Part shown: in pieces, positions 27,336 through 36,786 of the stretch
Numbering within the stretch: position 1 is the stretch's first letter
How the letters are laid out: every line of letters begins with the position of its first letter
The notes under the pieces: model-generated
Told to the model about the DNA's origin: nothing
Seen by the model: the letters and a program-made list of their open reading frames with translations, nothing else
Database searches by the model: none
Position numbers and translations under genes: made by a program
Virus record (IMG/VR): IMGVR_UViG_3300048091_000193
Location: 52,697 to 116,696 of that record
DNA from: a virus
Taxonomy: Duplodnaviria; Heunggongvirae; Uroviricota; Caudoviricetes
DNA length: 64,000 bases
Strand: one strand, 5' to 3'

Positions 27336-27602
27336 ATGAAGACGATCGCCGTCATAGCCCCGACCGAAGCAGCCTTCGATGCGTGGGTCGATAAGACTTT
27401 CGATAGTGCTTTGATCCGACGCCACACTCGCCATGTTGTGCTGACACCCGACAACACGATGTATGTCCGCATGGTGCAGCCTTGGCAATTTCGCGGCTAC
27501 AGCGTCAGTGAGATAATTCTGGTGCGCGGCTACTGGTCTCTGCCTAATCTTCACGAATTGCTCCAGAACCTGCGCTACAGCATGTTGGCGGAACAAGTAT
27601 GA
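27336..27602 (+). CDS. Hypothetical protein (88 aa)
   Basis: ORF downstream of terminator with AAAGG RBS. Confidence 0.45.
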   Translation: MKTIAVIAPTEAAFDAWVDKTFDSALIRRHTRHVVLTPDNTMYVRMVQPWQFRGYSVSEIILVRGYWSLPNLHELLQNLRYSMLAEQV

Positions 27603-28612
27603 GCCGTGGCCTTCTGATGATCGACGGCAGCAATGTGCTGCACGCCAACAACAATATCGGTCAGCTCAAGGTCGGCGATCAGCCAACCCAGGCCGTCTAC
27701 GGTTTTCTACGCGCGCTGCGTCCGATGCTCTCCATCTATTCGATGCTCACACCGATAGTGCTCTGGGACGGCGCCTCGTGGCGACGCATGACCTATCCGG
27801 AATACAAGGGCAATCGCGACAAAGAAGCCAAGACCAAAGAAGAATTAAAGGTCAAGGAGCTCAAGCGACAGTTCAAGCTGCAGCTGCCCCTGATGAAAGA
27901 GGCGCTATCGCTGCTCGGCGTGCGTCAGATGATCGCCATCAACTACGAAGCCGACGATCTCGCTGGTCTGATCTGTGAGCGGCTCAAGGCGACCGGCAAA
28001 CGCGGCGTCATGATCTCCGGCGACAAGGACTGGGTCCAGCTGGTGTCGAAGAACACGGCATGGGTCGATCCGGTGCGCGACTATCGATTGTCGCTGAACA
28101 CCATGCCCAACAAGCTGGGTTGGATCCCGGATAAGAAGGATATCCGCGTCACTGACGACGGATCGAAGATCGAGGGATTTGTTGGCGTTCCCTCGCCGCG
28201 CGCCTGGTTGGAGATGAAGGCACTGATGGGCGACATGGGTGATAATATCCCCGGTGTCGGCGGCATTGGTCCTCGCGGTGCGATCGACTTTGTCCATGCG
28301 TATGGCTCGGTCGCGTCGTTCTTCAACCAGTGCGCGGATAAATCCATCGATATCGACAAGCTTCCCAAGAAGCTGCGCGATTTCGCCATCTCCGATGAAA
28401 AGCAGGAGCTCTATCGTCGCAACATGCGGCTGATGGATCTCAACACGACCGAACGTCCGGCGCCGATCGCGCTGGAGACGACACGCGGTCAGCTGGACCC
28501 GGACGCGTTTGAACAGTTCTGCGAACGATGGATGTTCCGCACGATCACAAGTGATCTCGACCACTACCTGGCGCCATTCGGCGGCGCGCAGCAACTCAAG
28601 GCAGCAGCATGA
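27599..28612 (+). CDS. 5'-3' exonuclease / flap endonuclease (T4 RNase H / Pol I 5'-nuclease family)
   Basis: ISGDKDWVQLV and MGDMGDNIPGVGGIGPRGA motifs of FEN/53EXO family. Confidence 0.8.
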   Translation: MSRGLLMIDGSNVLHANNNIGQLKVGDQPTQAVYGFLRALRPMLSIYSMLTPIVLWDGASWRRMTYPEYKGNRDKEAKTKEELKVKELKRQFKLQLPLMKEALSLLGVRQMIAINYEADDLAGLICERLKATGKRGVMISGDKDWVQLVSKNTAWVDPVRDYRLSLNTMPNKLGWIPDKKDIRVTDDGSKIEGFVGVPSPRAWLEMKALMGDMGDNIPGVGGIGPRGAIDFVHAYGSVASFFNQCADKSIDIDKLPKKLRDFAISDEKQELYRRNMRLMDLNTTERPAPIALETTRGQLDPDAFEQFCERWMFRTITSDLDHYLAPFGGAQQLKAAA

Positions 28613-29208
28613 TTACCCGCGAAGCAGCAACCTCTGTTCTGGAGGATCGCGTCACCAAGATTTCCAAGGCGATGAGCCAGCTGGTGAAGGATGCCCCGCG
28701 CATTGCCGACGTCCTCGACGACGAGGCGATGAAGCGCACCGAAGCGTTCATTCTGCGCAGGCTGGGCGACATGATGCGAGAGCTTGCCGCAGCACGTGCC
28801 TCGCGCCCGGCAAGCGTCAGCTTCTCGCTCGATGCGCCTGTAGATCCGACGCCGTATGTGCCGGCAGCACCCCCGCCCTACACCGGCCCCAAGCCCGCAT
28901 ATGCAATGGCAATGCAGGATAGGCAGCCAGTCCCACGGGTATCAGCCCCGAGCAGTGACGAGCCTGATCTGAGCGACGACGATCTGTCCGTTCTCGAGGT
29001 TCTGGACGTCGCAACAGACGGCGAAGGTCGACCGGATCCGAAGCCCGAGGCACCCAAGCGCTGGCGTCGCCCGATCGGTCGTCTCGCGGGCACAGGTGAG
29101 CCAATCTACGGCGACCCCGACGAATTCAAGATCCCGAAGCCCGAAGCGGGCGAGCAACCAGACCGCACCGGCCAGATCGCCGATGCCGGCTTTATCGACG
29201 CAGATTAA
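28609..29208 (+). CDS. Hypothetical protein (Pro-rich, acidic C-terminal half)
   Basis: 199-aa ORF ATGA-coupled to FEN gene. Confidence 0.45.
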   Translation: MITREAATSVLEDRVTKISKAMSQLVKDAPRIADVLDDEAMKRTEAFILRRLGDMMRELAAARASRPASVSFSLDAPVDPTPYVPAAPPPYTGPKPAYAMAMQDRQPVPRVSAPSSDEPDLSDDDLSVLEVLDVATDGEGRPDPKPEAPKRWRRPIGRLAGTGEPIYGDPDEFKIPKPEAGEQPDRTGQIADAGFIDAD

Positions 29209-29223
29209 CCCCAGGAGACCAAA

Positions 29224-30351
29224 GTGGCCAAGTCCAACTCTAACGACCTTGCATCCAGTTTGACCGCGCTGATCGGCGCCAACGACGAGTCCGCGACCGT
29301 AAAACAGTGGCTCGACACCGGCTACCCGCCGTTCAACCACGCTCTGTCCTCCAAATGGGATGGCGGATTTCCCGTGGGGCGCATCATCGAGTTGTCGGGT
29401 CCGGCATCGTCGGGCAAGACCGCGATCGCTACTAAGGCGATGATCGCAGCCCAGAAGATGGGCGGCATCGCGGCATTTATGGATCACGAGCATTCGTATG
29501 ATCAGAGCCTCGCTGAAAAGCTGGGTCTCGATGCGTCGCCTGGTCGATTTGTTTACAAGAAGCCGCGCACTTATGAGGACTCGCTGACGCTGGCTGTCAC
29601 GATCGGCAAACATGTCCGTGACAAGAAGCTGATCAAGCCCGATGCGCCGATCTGTATCGTGTTCGACTCCCTCGCCTCGATGGTGCCGCAGTCGGCCCTC
29701 TACGAGATGAAGAACGGCAAGCGCACGGGCGCCGAAAAGGGTCTCGACGACCGCAACATGCACGACAACACCGCGCTTGCGCGCGCCACGTCGGGCTCGA
29801 TGCCGGCATTCTCGCTGTATTGCGAAGAACTCGGCATCTGCGCGATCTTCCTCAACCAGATCCGCATGAAGCTTGGTGTCATGTATGGCGATCCCCGCAC
29901 CACGCCAGGCGGCGAGGCTCCGAAATTCTACGCATCGCAGCGCATCATGCTCGGCGGCGCAAAGAAGGTTCAGAAGGGCAAAGGTGAAGACGCTGAAGTT
30001 CTCGGTGTGTCGATCTCGGCCGGCGTTATCAAGAACAAGTGCTCTCGCCCGTTTACCAAAGCCGACTGGCGTTTCATGTATCAGCCGGACGGATCAGGTC
30101 GCTTTGACGTCGAGCGTTCGATGGTCGAGTTCCTGGAAGGCGAAGGCGCGATCGCTACTGGCTCCAAAGCAGGCTACGTGGTCTGGGATGGCAAACAGGT
30201 CTACAAGGAGCATCTTGCGCGCGACATTCAGGATCGCAACGCATTATCCGAGTTGATCGCTCTGTTGCCGGCGGAATACGCCGCGCCGATCATGACGGAG
30301 ATCCCGATCGAGGGCGCCGAAGAAGCTGACCCTGTGGAGGACGCTGCATAA
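29224..30351 (+). CDS. RecA/UvsX-family recombinase
   Basis: GRIIELSGPASSGKTAIA Walker A; IVFDSLASM Walker B-like; RecA fold length. Confidence 0.8.
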   Translation: MAKSNSNDLASSLTALIGANDESATVKQWLDTGYPPFNHALSSKWDGGFPVGRIIELSGPASSGKTAIATKAMIAAQKMGGIAAFMDHEHSYDQSLAEKLGLDASPGRFVYKKPRTYEDSLTLAVTIGKHVRDKKLIKPDAPICIVFDSLASMVPQSALYEMKNGKRTGAEKGLDDRNMHDNTALARATSGSMPAFSLYCEELGICAIFLNQIRMKLGVMYGDPRTTPGGEAPKFYASQRIMLGGAKKVQKGKGEDAEVLGVSISAGVIKNKCSRPFTKADWRFMYQPDGSGRFDVERSMVEFLEGEGAIATGSKAGYVVWDGKQVYKEHLARDIQDRNALSELIALLPAEYAAPIMTEIPIEGAEEADPVEDAA

Positions 30352-30417
30352 GTCCTCACTGTTGCAAATCACTGCGAAGCGCTATTACAGCGCTTCGCAC
30401 TTACAACGGAGAGAACA

Positions 30418-30873
30418 ATGCGCGTCATCAGCCTTTGGCAGCCCTATGCCTCGCTATTTGTGCGGGGCTTTAAACTCAATGAGACGCGGCCGTTCACCTG
30501 CCCGCCCCATATTGTGGGCACGCGCATCGGCATCGCCTCGACCAAAATCATCCGGCCCGATCAGCGCGAGCTAGTCAAGGATCCGATCTTCTCCATCTAT
30601 TACGAAGCCACGGGCCTGCCAGCGTTAGATGATCTGCCGCATGGCTACTTGCTCGGCTCGGTTTTCATTCAATCGTCGGACCTGATCACCGAAGACGATC
30701 TCGAGGACGTTACCGAAGAAGAACAGATTTTCGGCGACTGGAGGCCTGGACGCTACGCCTGGCGAGGCCGTGATCCGGAATTTCTCACTGAGCCTGTCCC
30801 GGTGAGCGGGCAGCAAGGCATTTGGACACTGACCGATGGCGCGAAAATCCTCGATTTTAGTCGAGCCCTTTAA
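30418..30873 (+). CDS. ASCH-domain protein
   Basis: N-terminus VISLWQPYASLFVRGFKLNETR typical of ASCH/PUA-like domains. Confidence 0.55.
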   Translation: MRVISLWQPYASLFVRGFKLNETRPFTCPPHIVGTRIGIASTKIIRPDQRELVKDPIFSIYYEATGLPALDDLPHGYLLGSVFIQSSDLITEDDLEDVTEEEQIFGDWRPGRYAWRGRDPEFLTEPVPVSGQQGIWTLTDGAKILDFSRAL

Positions 30874-31234
30874 GAAGGGCCGGCGCACCTATGGGGCGAT
30901 CTATACGTTCCCCAGCGGCTTGGTCTGTTATCTGGCCTGGCGCCGCACCAAGGAGATCTTCCGCTACGGCGAAAAGGACATCAGCGCAGCAATCCGGGCC
31001 GGCAAAGCCGCCTGGGCGCTCGATGACGAAACCCTGATCAATCTGCGCGCCAAGGGCATCAAGTATGTCGGCGTGCTCGATCGGGACACTGGCGACAAAT
31101 ACATGACCACGCTGGATAAATTCTACGATCCCAAGAATGTGGCGATCCTTAATTTCGAGAGCCGCGGCGGCGCGCTGCAGCGCTATCTCCCCATCAATCA
31201 GTTCCGCCGCCAAGTGGGAACAACGAAAATCTAG
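30836..31234 (+). CDS. Hypothetical protein
   Basis: 132-aa ORF; exact start uncertain. Confidence 0.4.
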   Translation: MARKSSILVEPFKKGRRTYGAIYTFPSGLVCYLAWRRTKEIFRYGEKDISAAIRAGKAAWALDDETLINLRAKGIKYVGVLDRDTGDKYMTTLDKFYDPKNVAILNFESRGGALQRYLPINQFRRQVGTTKI

Positions 31235-31245
31235 CGTTTTACCGA

Positions 31246-31292
31246 CTGCAAACCGCGACAATCTCGCTATATTCGCATAGTCAGCACTGACT
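31246..31292 (+). promoter_or_regulatory. Class I promoter-operator, type B: -35 CTGCAA(31246-31251), 16 nt, -10 TATATT(31268-31273), palindrome AGTCA-gcac-TGACT(31279-31292)
   Basis: Read from sequence. Confidence 0.6.
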
Positions 31293-31309
31293 TACATCCG
31301 GGGAACAAT

Positions 31310-31684
31310 ATGCGCCAGCTCGATCTACAAGCCCATTCCGTCGAAGCGTGCCGTGAGGTCTTCGGCGAGAAGAACATGCTCAGCCGCGCCGAGCGGATCC
31401 TGCGCTTCGCCGAAGAAAGCGCCGAGCTGCTGCATGCGGTCGGCCTGACCTTCGAGCAATATTGCTCGATCATCGCCTATGAGTATTTCAAGCGCGAAAA
31501 GGGCGAGGTCTCGCAGGAAATCGCGGGCGTTCAGACCACACTCTATGGCCTGGCCAACGTCTACAACGTCGACGTTCGCTTGGTCTCGATCAAGGAGATC
31601 GACCGCATTATTGCCAACAAAGAGAAGATCCGCGCAAAGCATAACGCCAAGCCGGCTCAGTTCGTCGCCCAACGGGTCGCATGA
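31310..31684 (+). CDS. mazG: MazG-like nucleoside triphosphate pyrophosphohydrolase
   Basis: RFAEESAELLHAVG EExxE-type motif region; all-alpha ~120 aa. Confidence 0.6.
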   Translation: MRQLDLQAHSVEACREVFGEKNMLSRAERILRFAEESAELLHAVGLTFEQYCSIIAYEYFKREKGEVSQEIAGVQTTLYGLANVYNVDVRLVSIKEIDRIIANKEKIRAKHNAKPAQFVAQRVA

Positions 31685-31908
31685 TGAAGTGGCTCGGACG
31701 GCAATTCGACGCGCTGGCGCTCGGTTTCTTCGGCATCATCGCTGTGGGCCTAGTGTTGAAGTTCTTCAGCTGGCTCGTCAACACACCATTTGATGGCTGG
31801 AAGATTGCCGTCGCTATCGCCTTTTTCTGCTGGCTCTTTGGCTGGGCGCTGATCGGCTCATGGAAGCTGATCCAGTGGGTTCGTAGCAAATCATGGGAAA
31901 TCGCCTAA
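31681..31908 (+). CDS. Small membrane protein
   Basis: Two hydrophobic helices (FGIIAVGLVLKFFSWLV; IAVAIAFFCWLFGWALIGSW). Confidence 0.4.
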   Translation: MMKWLGRQFDALALGFFGIIAVGLVLKFFSWLVNTPFDGWKIAVAIAFFCWLFGWALIGSWKLIQWVRSKSWEIA

Positions 31909-32996
31909 TGAAGCCTTACGCCATCGTCTCCGATATTCATTGTCACAACTGGTCGGCCTTCGCGACGACCCTGCCGGATGGCATGAACTCGCGGCTCAAG
32001 ATCACCCTCGACGATCTACGTCGCGCAGCCATCGAGCTCCGCGACGCCGGGGGCGACACGCTTTATGTCGCGGGTGATATCTTTCATTCGCGCGGCTCCA
32101 TCGATCCGGAGGTCTTCAACCCGACCCACGACGCGTTCAAGGAGATCGCCGAGGATAGCATCACCGTCCGTATGATCCCCGGCAATCACGATCTCAAGGG
32201 GCGCGACACGACGGAGTTGGGTAACGCAATCCAGACCCTTGGCGCGATCGAGGGTATCGAGATCGTCACCGAAAAGGTCGGGCGTCGGTTCGATGATGGC
32301 GACAGCAAGATACTGATGTTGCCGTGGCACGCAACGAAAGCCGATCTGCGGGCCACGATTGCAGATATCGTCAGCGCCTACCCGCCGGAATTACTGGCAG
32401 AGGTAGACCTGATCATCCATGTCGGCATCGATGGCGTTTTGGCGGGGGTGCCGGATTCGGGCCTGTCCACATCTGAAGTCGCCTCATGGGGCTTCAAGCG
32501 CGTCTTTGCCGGCGATTATCACGCCCACAAGGTCATGGAGGACGGCAAGGTCATCTCGATCGGTGCGTCCACCCAGCAGCAGTGGGGTGATATCGGCACA
32601 AAGGCAGGCTTTCTGCTCGTCTACCCCGACCGGATCGACTTCCGTGCATCCCACGCGCCGAGCTTCATCGAACTGACCGGCGACACCGATCCGGATGACT
32701 ACGAGCTCCTGGTCGACGGCAATTATGTTCGCATCCGCGGCATGAAGCTGACCGATCCAGAGATCAAGAAGTTTCGCACCGAACTCGAAAAGATGGGTGC
32801 GCGTGGCGTGAACTTTCAGATCACGCGCGAGGTCGTGGCAGCCAGGGGATCCTCGACCGTGGCTAAAGCCTCAACCCTAGACGAGTCCGTCGACAAGTTC
32901 GTCGAGACCCTGACCGTCACCGATCCGGCGCACGTCGCGCTGATCAAGGCGGGCGCGGCCGATGTGCTTTCGACCGTGCGCAGCGTCGCTGCCTGA
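31908..32996 (+). CDS. sbcD: SbcD/Mre11-family nuclease (calcineurin-like phosphoesterase)
   Basis: IVSDIHCH, GDIFH, GNHD phosphoesterase motifs; start at ATG 31908 overlapping upstream stop. Confidence 0.8.
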   Translation: MKPYAIVSDIHCHNWSAFATTLPDGMNSRLKITLDDLRRAAIELRDAGGDTLYVAGDIFHSRGSIDPEVFNPTHDAFKEIAEDSITVRMIPGNHDLKGRDTTELGNAIQTLGAIEGIEIVTEKVGRRFDDGDSKILMLPWHATKADLRATIADIVSAYPPELLAEVDLIIHVGIDGVLAGVPDSGLSTSEVASWGFKRVFAGDYHAHKVMEDGKVISIGASTQQQWGDIGTKAGFLLVYPDRIDFRASHAPSFIELTGDTDPDDYELLVDGNYVRIRGMKLTDPEIKKFRTELEKMGARGVNFQITREVVAARGSSTVAKASTLDESVDKFVETLTVTDPAHVALIKAGAADVLSTVRSVAA

Positions 32997-33040
32997 TCTT
33001 GCCACCCGCTATCCGCTTTCAGACTTCGTAGTCTGAAAGC
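32993..33040 (+). promoter_or_regulatory. Class III element cTGATCTTGCCACCCGCTATCCG overlapping the sbcD stop codon, followed by a perfect 11-bp hairpin gctttcagact-tcgt-agtctgaaagc
   Basis: Read from sequence; same element at 45158-45179 and 55520-55540. Confidence 0.45.
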
Positions 33041-33064
33041 AGAGCAACAGACACAGGACGCGCA

Positions 33065-33439
33065 ATGTCGCAACTTTTCACCGTTCGTATGGTCTCGCAG
33101 AAGATCATCGTGACCTACGACAAACACGGCAAAGCCGCGAGCGAGCGCACGGAGCTGATCCCGCAGGTCTATAGCGATCTGCCGTATAAGACGGCCCTCG
33201 CCTACAAGACCAAATTTCCCGACGCGCAGGTGGATATCGCCATGCAGTCAGCGGAGACCAGCAATGCGCGCGTGTCACACGGCAAAATGATAGGCACCGG
33301 CCGAATGGGTTCGCCGCGCGCGACTCGGAATTATTACGAGAAGCCCGATGCAGCGAGTGCGCCGGTCGCTTCGGAGGATTTCACCGCCGCGATGACCGGC
33401 GACATGGCAGCAGCAATCAACGCGGAGATGGATTCGTGA
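33065..33439 (+). CDS. Hypothetical protein; C-terminal tail MTGDMAAAINAEMDS
   Basis: 124 aa; tail shared with the 8628..9152 protein. Confidence 0.5.
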   Translation: MSQLFTVRMVSQKIIVTYDKHGKAASERTELIPQVYSDLPYKTALAYKTKFPDAQVDIAMQSAETSNARVSHGKMIGTGRMGSPRATRNYYEKPDAASAPVASEDFTAAMTGDMAAAINAEMDS

Positions 33440-34059
33440 AATTTAACGTAAAACTTGAACACAAGACCCACGGCGTCGTCGATACGGTCGTCGATCTCCC
33501 CGAGGTCGGCGAGAACGATAGCCCGCACGAGTCCTGGGAGGAGATAGTCACGGCTGCGCAGAAGAACGCGGCATCTCGCTATGTCGATTTCGAGAGCTTC
33601 GGCAACGACAGCAAGTATCTCGATCGCCTCGAGGAAGTCGGGGCTGAGTTCGAGATGGTCGATGCGCTGGTGGAGAGCGATCAGCCGAACAAGCGCTGGG
33701 CCGTCTATGGTCATTATTCAAACAACGACGGCGGCACCTGGAACGACCACGTCGAGGCGCCAACCTACGAGATTGCGGCGTTCTATGCACGCAAGACGAT
33801 GGCCTACAACGAATACGAAGGGCGGACCGGCGTCGATCAGACCGACTTCCAGATCACGATGGACGAGATCCAGATTTTCGACTGCTACGAGGAGCCGGTG
33901 ACGAAGGACGAGGCTATCGGGGAGCTGAAAGCTGCATATGCCGCGATGCAGAATTTCGTCGACAAGTGCGATCGCGGCGAAGCCAAGAGCGTCCGCACCT
34001 ACGCCGCGTTCAAGGCGCTGCTCGGCGGATCCAGGCTGCCGGCGGAGATGCGTTCGTGA
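33436..34059 (+). CDS. Hypothetical acidic protein
   Basis: 207-aa ORF ATGA-coupled. Confidence 0.45.
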   Translation: MKFNVKLEHKTHGVVDTVVDLPEVGENDSPHESWEEIVTAAQKNAASRYVDFESFGNDSKYLDRLEEVGAEFEMVDALVESDQPNKRWAVYGHYSNNDGGTWNDHVEAPTYEIAAFYARKTMAYNEYEGRTGVDQTDFQITMDEIQIFDCYEEPVTKDEAIGELKAAYAAMQNFVDKCDRGEAKSVRTYAAFKALLGGSRLPAEMRS

Positions 34060-34205
34060 AGGTCGTCAAGATAGCGTTAGCGGTCATCGCTCTGATCCTG
34101 GGAACCCTGATCTTCATCTGGCTTTCGCTCGATCTCATGGACGCGCCGGCGAAGCGATGCACGCCGGGTGCGGTTCCCTCTGTTCTTCAACCCTGCAGGA
34201 AATAG
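34056..34205 (+). CDS. Small membrane protein (49 aa)
   Basis: GTGA overlap; one TM helix IALAVIALILGTLIFIWLSL. Confidence 0.3.
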   Translation: MKVVKIALAVIALILGTLIFIWLSLDLMDAPAKRCTPGAVPSVLQPCRK

Positions 34206-34208
34206 GCC

Positions 34209-36146
34209 GTGAAATTCAAGAAACTGACCATCGAGAACTTCATGGCGATCGGCAATGCCGAGATCGAGTTGTCCGACCGTGGTCTGGTGCTGATCGAGGG
34301 TGTGAACAATTTCGAGAGCTCCGCCGACTCCAACGGCGCCGGCAAGTCGACGATCGCCGATGCTCTGTCCTGGGTCCTGTTCGGCGAGACCGCGCGCGGC
34401 GAGGATGGCGACAATGTCGTCAACGAGAGCGAGGGTAAGAACTGCCGCGTTATGGTTGTTGTCGAAGATGACGGCATGACCTACGAGATCACCCGCCATC
34501 GCAAGCATAAGGCCGGCAAGAACGCTCTGTGGGTCGATCAGGACAGCGGCACTTCTAAGACCGCCCTGACCAAGGGCACCGACAAGCTGACCCAGGCCGA
34601 GGTCAACAAGATCATCGGCTGCTCGGTCGAGGTCTTCAATGGCGCCGTCTATGCGGGCCAAGAGAAGATGCCCGATCTACCCGGCATGACCGACAAGAAC
34701 CTCAAGGTGCTGATCGAGGAGGCTTCCGGCGCCACGTTGCTCGAGACCGCATTTGTCGAGGCCAACAAGAGGTTTCAGACGGCGAAGAACGACGCCAATA
34801 CCGCGAGCGCCAATCTGTCGTCCGCAGCGACGCGGCTCGCCGATGCCAAACAGCGCGTGACCGACGCCGAGACCAACCGGAACGAATACGAAGCCCAGCG
34901 CGCCATCAAGATCAACGGGTTGGCTACGAACGGTCGCGCCCTCAAGAAGGAGATCGAGGACTACACAGTCACGATCCAAGGGCTGGGCGACGCGGTCGCG
35001 ATCCGCAAGGAGATCGCCGACGTCGAAATGGAGATCGACGGCGTAAATAAGGAGATCGCCGAGGAGCGCCGACTGTTTAATGAAGCAGCGGCACTTGGCA
35101 AAGTTTCTGAGCGCCACGATATCTCGCTGATTAGGCTCAACCGGCAGCTTCTCGCCCAGAAGAAGACATTGATCGAGCTTGACCATCAGGTTGGCTGTCC
35201 ATGTAGCACGTGTGATCGTCCGTTCTCGGCCGAAGATATCGACCCGGCCAAGAAGCTTGCTGCCGATGGCATCGCCACGACTGAAGCTGAGATCGAGACG
35301 CTACAAAAGACGCTGGATGATGCGAACAAAGCACATACGAGCGCGATTGACGTCGTGGAAGCATTTCAAGCGACAATGACAGATGTCAGCGCAGCGAGCG
35401 CTAAGCGCGCTTCCCTGCAGTCACAACTCGACGCGATCCGCACGGCCGAGGCTGACCTAACGAACAAGAAGACCCGTTTCGCCAGCATCGTTCAGCAGAT
35501 CAAGGACGCCCGCGATGCCGAGAACCCCTTTGTGAAGGAGATCGCCAAGCAGGAGGTCGTCGTCAAGACGTCAGAAGCGACACTCGCCGACTGCGAGAGT
35601 GCGGCAAAGGACGCTACACTGGCTCAGGCGATCGCCGAGAGCGTCGCCAAGGTGTTCAGTCCCACAGGTGTTCGCGCCTTCCTCCTCGACGAGGTGACGC
35701 CCTTCCTCAACGATCAGACCGCGAAGTATTTGGGCACGCTGTCCGATGGACACGTGTCGGCGACCTGGACCACCCTGATCAAGAATGCCAAAGGCGAATT
35801 GCGTGAGAAGTTCTCCATCGAGGTCGAAAACGCCAATGGCGGAAAGACCTTCAAGTCCATCTCGGGCGGCGAAAAACGTAAGGTTAGGGTTGCTTGTGCG
35901 CTGGCGTTGCAGGATCTGGTTGCTCGCCGCGCGACGAAGCCGATCGAGCTATTCATCGGCGACGAGATTGACGATGCGCTCGACCGTGCCGGCCAAGAGC
36001 GACTGATGAATATCCTGGAGGAGAAGGCGCGCGAGCGTGGCTCCGTGTTCATCATTAGCCACGCGGATCTCAAGGACTGGATCCGGACCACGATCACGGT
36101 TAAGCGCGACGGCCCCTGTTCGACGATCGAGGAGAAGGTGTCGTAA
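34209..36146 (+). CDS. sbcC: SbcC/Rad50-family ATPase
   Basis: N-terminal Walker A NGAGKST; central coiled coil with zinc-hook CPCSTC; C-terminal signature SGGEKRK and Walker B FIGDEIDD. Confidence 0.8.
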   Translation: MKFKKLTIENFMAIGNAEIELSDRGLVLIEGVNNFESSADSNGAGKSTIADALSWVLFGETARGEDGDNVVNESEGKNCRVMVVVEDDGMTYEITRHRKHKAGKNALWVDQDSGTSKTALTKGTDKLTQAEVNKIIGCSVEVFNGAVYAGQEKMPDLPGMTDKNLKVLIEEASGATLLETAFVEANKRFQTAKNDANTASANLSSAATRLADAKQRVTDAETNRNEYEAQRAIKINGLATNGRALKKEIEDYTVTIQGLGDAVAIRKEIADVEMEIDGVNKEIAEERRLFNEAAALGKVSERHDISLIRLNRQLLAQKKTLIELDHQVGCPCSTCDRPFSAEDIDPAKKLAADGIATTEAEIETLQKTLDDANKAHTSAIDVVEAFQATMTDVSAASAKRASLQSQLDAIRTAEADLTNKKTRFASIVQQIKDARDAENPFVKEIAKQEVVVKTSEATLADCESAAKDATLAQAIAESVAKVFSPTGVRAFLLDEVTPFLNDQTAKYLGTLSDGHVSATWTTLIKNAKGELREKFSIEVENANGGKTFKSISGGEKRKVRVACALALQDLVARRATKPIELFIGDEIDDALDRAGQERLMNILEEKARERGSVFIISHADLKDWIRTTITVKRDGPCSTIEEKVS

Positions 36147-36610
36147 TGCCGCTGACGCAGGAATACGTCGCCGATCTAACCACACTGACCCTTCGCCGCG
36201 CGACGGGCAAGGAACGATACGACGCCCTCACCTTTCAGGCGACGATCGAGCCATCATCGAGCATTCCATATTTCCTGCTCGTTGTGTCCTACACGGCCGG
36301 CGACTCGATGAACCCGGAAGGCGAAACGCGCCATGAGGTCGTCGATCTCTATGGGGACTACGATATCGTCTGCATGGTCGCGCAGCGGATCCGGGATGAC
36401 ATCAAGGCAGACACGTATCTGGCCCGGATGCGCAAGGAATACGACGAGAAGAACCTGGAAATCATGTTCGCAAACGGCTTGTCCGAGCGACGCGGCTACT
36501 GGCCCTGGAAGGGCCATTTCGAGAAGGTGGTCGAAATCGCCGTCTACGAGGTTATGTTGAACGGAGCGCCGAAGAAAACGGTGATCTACGATCGCTGGAG
36601 CTCGCAATAA
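36146..36610 (+). CDS. Hypothetical protein
   Basis: 154-aa ORF ATGA-coupled to sbcC. Confidence 0.45.
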   Translation: MPLTQEYVADLTTLTLRRATGKERYDALTFQATIEPSSSIPYFLLVVSYTAGDSMNPEGETRHEVVDLYGDYDIVCMVAQRIRDDIKADTYLARMRKEYDEKNLEIMFANGLSERRGYWPWKGHFEKVVEIAVYEVMLNGAPKKTVIYDRWSSQ

Positions 36611-36625
36611 GCGTCGTTTAGCCAG

Positions 36626-36673
36626 CTGCAAACCTTGTTTCGCTCGCTATATTACACAAGTCAGCACTGACTT
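36626..36673 (+). promoter_or_regulatory. Class I promoter-operator, type B: CTGCAA(36626-36631), 16 nt, TATATT(36648-36653), AAGTCA-gcac-TGACTT(36658-36673)
   Basis: Read from sequence. Confidence 0.6.
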
Positions 36674-36690
36674 ACAGAAGGGAATTTCGA

Positions 36691-36786
36691 ATGATTATCT
36701 TTCTCGGTGTGCTCGGTGCTGGTCTTTTGACCTACGTCCTCTACCGCGGCCTCAAGGCCATCATCGACAGCAAGGAGTCCAAGTGA
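36691..36786 (+). CDS. Small membrane peptide (31 aa, MIIFLGVLGAGLLTYVLYRGLKAIIDSKESK)
   Basis: GAAGGG RBS 7 nt upstream; single TM helix; GTGA-coupled to the SPFH gene; below the ORF-track cut-off. Confidence 0.35.
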   Translation: MIIFLGVLGAGLLTYVLYRGLKAIIDSKESK